Shown here in pieces: positions 9,386-17,191 of a DNA stretch of 64,000 bases. The position numbers were made by a program, and so were the translations under genes. Every line of letters starts with the position of its first letter. Within the stretch, counting starts at the first letter, position 1. The DNA comes from Xanthobacteraceae bacterium (lineage in GTDB: Bacteria > Pseudomonadota > Alphaproteobacteria > Rhizobiales > Xanthobacteraceae). The notes beneath the pieces are model-generated. The model had not been told where the DNA came from, searched no databases, and saw nothing but the letters and a program-made list of their open reading frames with translations. The stretch covers positions 18,687-82,686 of the forward strand of contig JBEKKM010000005.1 in the NCBI GenBank assembly GCA_050010715.1, written 5' to 3'.

Positions 9386-10816
9386 TCAGCTCACCAGCAC
9401 GTTGCTGAACTGCCAGGGGTCTTTGCTGTCCACCGTTTCGGGGAACAGGCGGTTGCGGCCCTTCAGCGGCGTCCAGTCGGTGTAGCGGCCGATCACCGGC
9501 CCGAGATAGGGCCGCTGGATTTCTAGGCAGCGGCGAGAATCCATCTCGTCGGCCTCGACGATGCCGCGGTCCGGGTTCTCCAGCATCCACACGATGCCGG
9601 CGAGCACCGCCGAGGTCACCTGGAGTCCGGTCGCGTTCTGATAGGGCGCGAGCTTGCGGGTCTCCTCGATCGAAAGCTGCGAGCCGTACCAATACGCGTT
9701 CTTGGCATGGCCGTAGAGCAGCACGCCGAGCTCGTCGATGCCGTCGACGATGTCGTCCTCGCTGAGGATGTGCCAGGACTGCTGCGGCTTCCATTCCGCG
9801 CCGGCCAATTCGTGCAGCGACAGCACGGCGTCGTCGCACGGATGGTAGGCGTAATGGCAAGTCGGCCGGTAAACCACCTTGCCGTTATCACACAGCGTGA
9901 AGTAGTCGGCGATCGAGATCGACTCGTTGTGGGTGATCATCCAGGCCTGTTGGGCGCCGGCGGTCGGCGTCCACGAGCGCACCCGCGTGCCGGCGCCGGG
10001 CCGCGTCAGGTAGATCGCGGCATCGCAGCCGAAATCGTGGCGCTGCCCGCCGGGCGGCAGCGTCTTCTCGTGGGTGCCCCAGCCGAGCTCCGACGGCTGC
10101 GAGCCTTCGGCGATAAAGCCCTCGACCGACCAGGTATTGATGAATTTTCCGCGCGGCTTGGGCGCGGACGCCCGCTGGGTATCCCGCTCGGCGATATGGA
10201 TGCCCTTGACGCCGGCGCGCTGCATCAGCCGCGCCCAATCCTCGCGCGAGGCCGGCGCGGCAAAGTCGAGTTTCAGCTCGGCGGCGACGTCGGTCAGCGC
10301 CTGCTTGACCATCCAGGACACCATGCCCGGATTGGCGCCGCAGCAGCTCACGGCGGTGATGCCGCCCGGCCGCCGGCGACGCAGGTCGAGCACGCCTTCG
10401 CGCAGCGCGTAGTTCGAGCGCTCCGAGATCGAACGGCGGCTGTCGGTGTAGAGGCCGGGCCACGGCTCGACCACGGTGTCGATGTAGAAGGCGTCGATGT
10501 CCTTGGCGAACTCCATCAGATCGACCGAGGAGGTGTCGACCGACAGGTTGACCATCATGCCGCGGCCCGGGCCGGCGGTGAGCAATGGCTTGAGCACGTC
10601 GCGATAGTTTTCGCGGGTGATCGCCTGATGCAGGAATTTGATCTGGCGCTCGTCGAGCAGCGCCCGGTCGCGGTCGTCGGGTGCGATGACGGTGAATTTC
10701 GCGTGGTCGAACGCGACGTGCCGCTCGATCAGCGGCAAGGTACCCTTGCCGATCGAGCCGAAGCCGATCATCACGATGGGGCCGTCGAAGCGGGCGAGCA
10801 GCTGGGAGTCCTTCAT
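9386..10816 (-). CDS. hss: Homospermidine synthase
   Basis: From the internal ATG at 10816 the product is 476 aa. It starts MKDSQLLARFDGPIVMIGFGSIGKGTLPLIERH, matching the bacterial Hss N-terminus as I remember it. The 505-aa ORF-track version has an unlikely N-terminal extension. Confidence 0.88.
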   Translation of the reverse strand: MKDSQLLARFDGPIVMIGFGSIGKGTLPLIERHVAFDHAKFTVIAPDDRDRALLDERQIKFLHQAITRENYRDVLKPLLTAGPGRGMMVNLSVDTSSVDLMEFAKDIDAFYIDTVVEPWPGLYTDSRRSISERSNYALREGVLDLRRRRPGGITAVSCCGANPGMVSWMVKQALTDVAAELKLDFAAPASREDWARLMQRAGVKGIHIAERDTQRASAPKPRGKFINTWSVEGFIAEGSQPSELGWGTHEKTLPPGGQRHDFGCDAAIYLTRPGAGTRVRSWTPTAGAQQAWMITHNESISIADYFTLCDNGKVVYRPTCHYAYHPCDDAVLSLHELAGAEWKPQQSWHILSEDDIVDGIDELGVLLYGHAKNAYWYGSQLSIEETRKLAPYQNATGLQVTSAVLAGIVWMLENPDRGIVEADEMDSRRCLEIQRPYLGPVIGRYTDWTPLKGRNRLFPETVDSKDPWQFSNVLVS

Positions 10817-10853
10817 TGGCGTCGCTCCAGTTGAATGGTTGTCTTGACGACGG

Positions 10854-11435
10854 TCAAGCGGCGCGTTGCACGCGCGCCCGCCGCGGGCGCCGATCGCCGT
10901 CATTGGCGGCGATCAGCATGTTGAGGTCGGGCTTCGGCGCGAACGCACCGGTCGCGGCGATCAGGCCGCGCGCGCCGGCAAGCGTGTCCGGACGCAGCTC
11001 AAGCGCCAACAGCCGGTCGCGCTCGTAGCGGCCGGGCATCCACAATTCGGCGGTCGGCGCGGCGGTGAAGCCGAATCGGTTGTAATAGGCCGCGTCGCCG
11101 ACCAGCACGATGGCGCGATGGCCGGCGAGACGCGCACGCGCAATGGCGCGGCGCATCAGTGCCGTGCCGATGCCGCGATTACGATGCGCCGGATCGACCG
11201 CGAGCGGCCCCAACAGCAGCGCCGCACGCCCAGGCCCCGCGATGACGTGCCAAAGCCGAACGGTGCCGACAATCCGGCCGTGATCGACCGCGACCAGCGA
11301 CAGCCCGTCGGCCGGCAGCCGGCCTTCGCGCAGCCGCTCGGACGTCTTGGCAATACGGCTCGCGCCGTAAGCCGCATCGAGCAGAGCTTCGCGCGCCGCG
11401 ATGTCGGCGATGTTTTCTTCGCGAATGGTGACCAT
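10854..11435 (-). CDS. GNAT family N-acetyltransferase
   Basis: 193 aa. Acetyl-CoA motif region HRNRGIGTALMRRAI. Lies between odc and hss on the same strand. Confidence 0.85.
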   Translation of the reverse strand: MVTIREENIADIAAREALLDAAYGASRIAKTSERLREGRLPADGLSLVAVDHGRIVGTVRLWHVIAGPGRAALLLGPLAVDPAHRNRGIGTALMRRAIARARLAGHRAIVLVGDAAYYNRFGFTAAPTAELWMPGRYERDRLLALELRPDTLAGARGLIAATGAFAPKPDLNMLIAANDGDRRPRRARVQRAA

Positions 11436-11517
11436 GATCCTCTCCTTTCCGACCGCCGCACCCCGGCGCCCCTTCCCTAAAAGGAGTGGAGCGCCGGAGC
11501 CGGAGGTCTCACCGTCG

Positions 11518-12660
11518 TCAGATGTGAAAGGTCCGCAGCGGGGCGATGCCGTTGAAGGCGACCGCTGCGTAGGTCGCGGTATAGGCCCCGGTGCCTTCGA
11601 TCAGCACCTTGTCGCCGATCTCGAGGCTGATCGGCAGATCGTAGGGCCGCTTCTCGTACAGCACATCGGCACTGTCGCAGGTCGGGCCGGCGAGCACGCA
11701 AGGTCCGACCTCGCCGCCGTCGCGCGGCGTCTTGATCGGATAGCGGATCGACTCGCCCATGGTCTCGGCGAGACCGCCGAATTTGCCGATGTCGAGATAG
11801 ACCCAGCGCACATGGTCGTGCTCGCTCTTGTTGGAGACCAGCACGACCTCGGCTTCGATCACGCCGGCATTGCCGACCATGCCGCGGCCCGGCTCGATGA
11901 TGGTCTCCGGGATGCGGTTGCCGAAATGCTTGCGCAGCGCCCGGAAGATGGAGCGGCCATAGGCCTCCACCGCCGGCACGTCGCGCAGGTACTTGGTCGG
12001 AAACCCGCCGCCGAGATTGACCATGGTGAGGCCGATGCCGCGGTCGGCGCAGGCGCGGAAGATCGCCGCCGCCGACTTCAACGCTTCGTCCCAGGCCGCG
12101 GTGCGGCGCTGCTGCGAGCCGACATGAAACGACACGCCGGCCGCCTCGAGCCCGAGCTTGTGCGCGTGCTCGAGCACCTCGACCGCCATCTCCGGGTCGC
12201 AGCCGAACTTCCGCGACAGCGGCCATTCGGCACCGGCGCAGCCGAACAGGAACCGGCAGAACACCTTGGCGCCGGGCGCGGCGCGGCCGATCTTCTCCAC
12301 CTCGGCCTTGCAATCGACAGCAAAGAGCCGGACGCCGAGCGCGTAGGCGCGCGCGATGTCGCGTTCCTTCTTGATCGTGTTGCCGAAGGAAATGCGCTCG
12401 GCCGCGGCGCCGGCCGCGAGCACCATCTCGATCTCGGCGACCGAGGCGGTGTCGAAGCAGGAGCCCAGTCCGGCCAAGAGCTTCAGCAGCTCCGGCGCCG
12501 GGTTCGCCTTGACGGCGTAGAACACCCGGCTGTCCGGCAGTGCCTTGGCAAAGGCGCCGTAGTTGTCGCGCACGACGTCGAGATCGACGACCAGGCACGG
12601 ACCATCGTCCAGCCCCTCGTCGCGGCGGCGGCGCAGGAAGTCGTGGATGCGCTCGGTCAT
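11518..12660 (-). CDS. Ornithine/lysine decarboxylase (PLP-dependent, Orn/DAP/Arg decarboxylase group IV fold)
   Basis: PLP-lysine motif YAVKANP and GGGFP motif. Start ATG at 12660 has AAGGAG 7 nt upstream. ORF-track start 12678 is less likely. Confidence 0.9.
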   Translation of the reverse strand: MTERIHDFLRRRRDEGLDDGPCLVVDLDVVRDNYGAFAKALPDSRVFYAVKANPAPELLKLLAGLGSCFDTASVAEIEMVLAAGAAAERISFGNTIKKERDIARAYALGVRLFAVDCKAEVEKIGRAAPGAKVFCRFLFGCAGAEWPLSRKFGCDPEMAVEVLEHAHKLGLEAAGVSFHVGSQQRRTAAWDEALKSAAAIFRACADRGIGLTMVNLGGGFPTKYLRDVPAVEAYGRSIFRALRKHFGNRIPETIIEPGRGMVGNAGVIEAEVVLVSNKSEHDHVRWVYLDIGKFGGLAETMGESIRYPIKTPRDGGEVGPCVLAGPTCDSADVLYEKRPYDLPISLEIGDKVLIEGTGAYTATYAAVAFNGIAPLRTFHI

Positions 12661-13150
12661 GGGCGCGCTCCTTCTCAAGGTTCAAGAGGCCAAGCGGCAA
12701 GCGCCGCCAGACCCGCGTTGATGTTCAGCCACGCGCGCTTTCGGCGCGCACGACCGGCGTCAGCGGCCGAAATCGCTTGGCGCCGAGCCGTGCGTTGGGG
12801 ACACGGGGTTGGCGCGGCGCTTTCGCCGAGATGCTGCCTTGGATTGGAGCGGGAGACCCGTTCCGCACGGCCGGCAAGACAAGATGGACAAGCCTCTTCG
12901 GTGTTGACGTTTGGACCGCCAACGAGACCAAAAAAGCCCGCTCCGTCGTTGCTTTAAGCCGCGTCCCCCGTTGAGCGCGGGGTGCGCCGGTTTCGCCTCC
13001 GGCTGCCGATCACGTAGTGAGGTCCTAAACTTTGAAACCTCAGGCGACTGTCCGGCCTCTTGTCCGGATGCCTACCGATCGACACACGGCCACAGGCACG
13101 TGCGAATTTGGGCGAACGGCACATAGTCGCAACGGACAGGCATTGCAAGA
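12661..13150 (-). promoter_or_regulatory. Long structured 5' leader of the decarboxylase operon; candidate speF-type RNA element
   Basis: About 600 nt without a credible ORF upstream of odc. Dense nested helices, e.g. GCGCC..CCGTG...CACGG..GGCGC (12781-12820), GCGCGC-TTTCG-GCGCGC (12733-12749) and long-range GGAGCGGG (12846-12853) / CCCGCTCC (12939-12946). The speF motif is described upstream of alphaproteobacterial ornithine decarboxylase genes. Confidence 0.4.
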
Positions 13151-13268
13151 AAAAAACGACAGCGCGGCAGAAAATTTCCGCTGGCGACTGCTCTGCGTTC
13201 GTCGCCGGCCGGCTCGCCGCCGCCTCGGATGACGCGTGCGGGTGCGTGTGTGATACTGCGGCTCCCGC

Positions 13269-14270
13269 GTGAACATCCTCATGGTGCCTTCAATGTCTGG
13301 TCTGCCGATCACCTTCGCCTGCGGCCTCTACGATCGCATGCTCGCGCTCTACACCGGCGACGTCAAAGCCGACGGCGTCGATCTCAATTTCCTGGTCATG
13401 GACAATCCGCGCGAGATTTTCGACCGCATGTCCAACCGGCTGGAATTCGACGCCTGCGAAATGTCGAGCTCGGAGTTCATCACCCGCTATGCCGCCAAGA
13501 AGCTGCCGTTCGTGGCGCTGCCGGTGTTCGCCTCGCGGGTATTCCGCCACAGCTTCATCATCGTCAACCGCAAGCACATCAAATCGGCCAAGGATTTCGC
13601 CGGCAAGCGCGTCGGCGTGCCGCTCTACACCCAGACCGCCGCCATCTTCGTCCGCGGCCTGATGCAGCACGACCTCGGCATCGATCTCGACGAGATCGAA
13701 TGGATCCAGGGCGCCATCAACGAGCCCGGCCTCTACGGCAATCCGTCGGTCATGCCGATGCTCAAGCCGGTCAACCTCAAACAGAACACCAGCGGCAAGT
13801 CGCTGAGCGATCTGCTGGAGGCCGGCAAAATCCATGCCATCATCGGCTCCAACATGCCCCGCGCTTTCGGCCGCAATCCCGACGTGGTGCGGCTCATTCC
13901 CGATTATCGCGCGCAGGAGAAGGACTATGTCCGACGCACGAGAATCTTTCCGATCATGCATCTCGTCGTCATCCGCAACGACGTCTATGAGAAGAACCCG
14001 TTCGTGGCGACGAGCCTGTACGATGCATTCAACGCGGCCAAGGACTGGGCGCGGGAAAAGATGCGCTATTCCGGAACGCTGCGCTACATGCTGCCGTGGC
14101 TGCCCGACGACATGCAGGAGATCGACGAATTGTTCGGCGGCGATTGCTGGCCATACGGCGTTGAGCCGAACCGGCCGACGCTGGAAGCGCTGGTCAACTA
14201 TATGGCCGAGCAGGGTTTGATCCCGGAGCCTATTCCGATCGAAAAGCTGTTCGTGCCGACGTTCGGTTAG
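13269..14270 (+). CDS. 4,5-dihydroxyphthalate decarboxylase-like (PhtD/NMT1-fold) protein
   Basis: 333 aa. Family-typical segments DGVDLNFLVMDNPREIFDRM, EFDACEMSSSEF, LPVFASRVFRHSFIIVN and GKRVGVPLYTQTAAIFVRG. The start could be the internal ATG at 13293. Confidence 0.75.
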   Translation: MNILMVPSMSGLPITFACGLYDRMLALYTGDVKADGVDLNFLVMDNPREIFDRMSNRLEFDACEMSSSEFITRYAAKKLPFVALPVFASRVFRHSFIIVNRKHIKSAKDFAGKRVGVPLYTQTAAIFVRGLMQHDLGIDLDEIEWIQGAINEPGLYGNPSVMPMLKPVNLKQNTSGKSLSDLLEAGKIHAIIGSNMPRAFGRNPDVVRLIPDYRAQEKDYVRRTRIFPIMHLVVIRNDVYEKNPFVATSLYDAFNAAKDWAREKMRYSGTLRYMLPWLPDDMQEIDELFGGDCWPYGVEPNRPTLEALVNYMAEQGLIPEPIPIEKLFVPTFG

Positions 14271-14295
14271 CGGCGCAAAAAATGGGGAGGAGGCC

Positions 14296-15264
14296 ATGCG
14301 CGTTCTGATCACAGGCGGCATGGGCGTCATCGGCGCGGAAGCGAGCCGCAAATTTGTCCGCGAAGGCCATCGGCCGGTGCTCTATTCGCGCCACCGCGAT
14401 GAATCGCTGATCCGCGATATCGTCGACAAAGTGGATATCGAGCTCGGCTCCATTCTCGACCGCGCACGGCTTGCCGAAGTGATCAAATCTCGCGGTATTA
14501 CCCACGTGGTGCACACTGCCGCCTATATCAGCGCGCTGTCGGCCAAGCATCCGGCCGAGAGCGTCGAGATCAATGTGATGGGCACGGTCAATGTGCTGGA
14601 AGCCGCGCGGTCGGCGAACGTCGAGCGCGTCGTCTATACCAGCGCCAAGGGCGTCTACGGCCCGTTCCTCGGCGACTACGGCGCCCCGACCTATAAGCGC
14701 ATCACCGAGGATCAACCGAAGGAACCGAAGCGCATCTACGATTCCGCCAAGCTCATGGGCGAGAACGCGACGCTCTATTGGGGCACGCTCGGCCTCGACG
14801 TCGTGGTGTTGCGATTTGCCACCACCTACGGCCCCGGCAAGACCGCGCGCCACGGCAACATGGGCGTGACCAGCCAGATCATCGAGCGGCCGGCCAGCGG
14901 CCAGCCGTTCCACCTCGCTCAAGGCGGCGATGAGAAGGACGACTTCATTTACAACAAGGATTCCGCGCTCGGCATCTATCTCGCGACGACGGCAAAAAGC
15001 CTCACGAGCCGCGTGTTCAATATCGGCACCGGCGTCGGCGTCACGCTCAAAGATGTCGCCGCCATTTTACGAAGACACTTGCCGAACGCCGTGATCGAGG
15101 TCGGGCCGGGACTGAACTTCCTCGGGGCAGCCTACCCGATGTACGGAATCTACGACATCTCCCGCGCCCGCAATGAGCTCGGCTACCGGCCGGAATTCGA
15201 TCTCGAGCGCGGCGTCGCCGATTATCTGGAAAGCCTGCAGCGGCTGAAGCTGCAAGCGGCGTAA
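14296..15264 (+). CDS. NAD-dependent epimerase/dehydratase family protein
   Basis: MRVLITGGMGVIGAEA Rossmann motif. YDSAK catalytic YxxxK. Confidence 0.88.
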   Translation: MRVLITGGMGVIGAEASRKFVREGHRPVLYSRHRDESLIRDIVDKVDIELGSILDRARLAEVIKSRGITHVVHTAAYISALSAKHPAESVEINVMGTVNVLEAARSANVERVVYTSAKGVYGPFLGDYGAPTYKRITEDQPKEPKRIYDSAKLMGENATLYWGTLGLDVVVLRFATTYGPGKTARHGNMGVTSQIIERPASGQPFHLAQGGDEKDDFIYNKDSALGIYLATTAKSLTSRVFNIGTGVGVTLKDVAAILRRHLPNAVIEVGPGLNFLGAAYPMYGIYDISRARNELGYRPEFDLERGVADYLESLQRLKLQAA

Positions 15265-15274
15265 CGGGGCCATC

Positions 15275-16498
15275 ATGCGTGCAACTCTCGAACTCCCTCG
15301 ACTTTCGCTGCGCGAGCGCGACCGGCGCTGGGCCGCGGTGCGCAAGGACATGGCGGCGCGCGATCTCGATTGCCTGGTGCTGTGGGGCTGGCCGCTGATG
15401 TGGGATTTTTGCATCGCCAATGCGCGCTATCTCTGCCCGGTCGGCGGCAACGCCGAATTCAACGTGCTGGTGTTCCCACGCGAGGGCGATCCGACTTGCT
15501 TCGTGCTGATGCCGACCTTCCTCGAAGGCTGGCGCAGCGCGCAGGATTGGGTCGGCGACATCCGCGCCCGCAAGGGCACTTGGGCGGACTCGGTCGCCGA
15601 GCGCATCAAGGAGCTGAAACTCGAGCGCGGCCGCATCGGCATGGATGGGCTCGCCGGCCCGCTCGATCCCGACGGCTGGCTGCCGCACAGCGTTTATCTG
15701 CGCCTGCAGGAGCTTTTGTCCGGCGCCAAGCTCGTTGCTCTCGACGACATGCTGGAGAAGGTGCGCACCATCAAGAGCGACGAGGAGCTCGGCATGCTCG
15801 CCAAGGCAGCAGAGCTCGGCGACCTGATGCTGGCGGCCTGCCGCGACACCGCGCGGCCCGGCGTCAAGGAATGCGAGGTCTACGGCCGCATGGTGGAGAC
15901 CATGCTGGCCCATGGCGGCGAGGAGCCGACCTTGTTCCTGTGGGCCTGCGACCGTTATCCCTATCCGCATCCGTTCCGCGTGCCGACGACGCGCAAGCTC
16001 GAACGCGGCGACCTCATCATCTGTGAGCTGCATCCGAAGATCGGCGGCTATTTCACCCATGTCGAGCGCACGTTCTGCCTCGGCGAGCCGGAGGCCAAGC
16101 AGCGCGAGATCTATGACGGCTGCGTCGCCGCCTACGAGCGTGGGCTGAAAGAGTTCGGGCCGGGCCGCAAAATCTCAGAGGCGATGGGCGCGGTGAAGCA
16201 GACCATCGAGGAGCGGAAGCTCGCGATCTGCGAAACCGGCATCCACGGCCACGGCCTCGCCTCGCTGGAATATCCGCGCTACCGCTTTCACGCGTTGCGT
16301 GCCGACCAGGACGCGCTGAAGGTCGTCGGCGACGAATTCCGCCCCGGCATGGTGTTCGCCTTCAACATCGACCTCTACGATCCGGCCTGGCGCAACGGCG
16401 AAACCGGCTGCGTGTTTGCCGAAACGGTGCGTATCACGGCAACCGGCGCCGAGCGCATGCACGGCTTTTCGACCAAGTTTCAGGCGATTCCGGTCTGA
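15275..16498 (+). CDS. M24 family metallopeptidase (Xaa-Pro peptidase/creatinase-like)
   Basis: 407 aa. Creatinase-like N-domain plus pita-bread fold segments (GDLIICELHPKIGGYFTHVERTF, GIHGHGL, FNIDLY..GCVFAETVRIT). Confidence 0.8.
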   Translation: MRATLELPRLSLRERDRRWAAVRKDMAARDLDCLVLWGWPLMWDFCIANARYLCPVGGNAEFNVLVFPREGDPTCFVLMPTFLEGWRSAQDWVGDIRARKGTWADSVAERIKELKLERGRIGMDGLAGPLDPDGWLPHSVYLRLQELLSGAKLVALDDMLEKVRTIKSDEELGMLAKAAELGDLMLAACRDTARPGVKECEVYGRMVETMLAHGGEEPTLFLWACDRYPYPHPFRVPTTRKLERGDLIICELHPKIGGYFTHVERTFCLGEPEAKQREIYDGCVAAYERGLKEFGPGRKISEAMGAVKQTIEERKLAICETGIHGHGLASLEYPRYRFHALRADQDALKVVGDEFRPGMVFAFNIDLYDPAWRNGETGCVFAETVRITATGAERMHGFSTKFQAIPV

Positions 16499-16503
16499 GC
16501 CCT

Positions 16504-17034
16504 CTATACCGCTTTCAGGTGCGCATCCCGGCGCTTGTATAGCTCACTGTCGGAATAACCCATGGGATCGGGCCGGCCGCGGCCGAGCATGATCTGTACG
16601 TAAACCGGCGCCAGCGAATCGTTCTGATAGCCGTGGATCACGCCGGCCGGACAGGCGATGCATTCCCAGGGACCGAGTCGCGTGGTGACCCTGTTGCCGC
16701 TTTCGTCCTCGACGAAGACGTCGAGAATGCCCTGCAGCACGAAGAAGCACTCCTCGACCTCGTGGGTATGCGCGGCATTGCCTTGGCCGGGATTCACATA
16801 GACGATCGACAGCGTGAAATTGCCCGCCGGAATGATGTTCGGATCGTCGTGCTTGCCGGAACCGCCGGCGCCGATGAAGCGGTGCTGGGCGCGCTTGTAG
16901 CCCTCGATCTTGGCGTCCTCGAAGGCGGCCCAGTCCGGCTTCTTGTCCTTGAAGCGGCCGACGTATTTTTTCATGATCTCTTCGAGCGGAACACCTTCGA
17001 GTTCCTTCGGGCGCGGATGACGGGCGACGGCCAT
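16504..17034 (-). CDS. Cupin domain protein
   Basis: Cupin motifs GNAAHTHEVEECFFVLQG and PAGVIHGYQN. ATG at 17034 has AGGAG upstream. The ORF-track extension to 17094 runs into a REP element. Confidence 0.8.
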   Translation of the reverse strand: MAVARHPRPKELEGVPLEEIMKKYVGRFKDKKPDWAAFEDAKIEGYKRAQHRFIGAGGSGKHDDPNIIPAGNFTLSIVYVNPGQGNAAHTHEVEECFFVLQGILDVFVEDESGNRVTTRLGPWECIACPAGVIHGYQNDSLAPVYVQIMLGRGRPDPMGYSDSELYKRRDAHLKAV

Positions 17035-17093
17035 GGCTTGCTCCTGAACGTGCGTGTTGAGCTTGAATCTATTCCAAGCCCCCATCAATGTCA

Positions 17094-17177
17094 TGCCCCG
17101 CGCAGGCGGGGCACCCAGTAGTCACTGACATTGCCAGCAGGATCGTGACTACTGGATCATCCGCTTTCGCGGATGAT
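17094..17177. repeat. REP-like triple-hairpin element
   Basis: Three hairpins: TGCCCCGC-GCAG-GCGGGGCA (17094-17113), CCAGTAGTCAC...GTGACTACTGG (17115-17155) and ATCATCCGC-TTTC-GCGGATGAT (17156-17177). Preceded by GTCA and followed by TGAC. Confidence 0.75.
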
Positions 17178-17191
17178 GACGCGCGAGCGCG

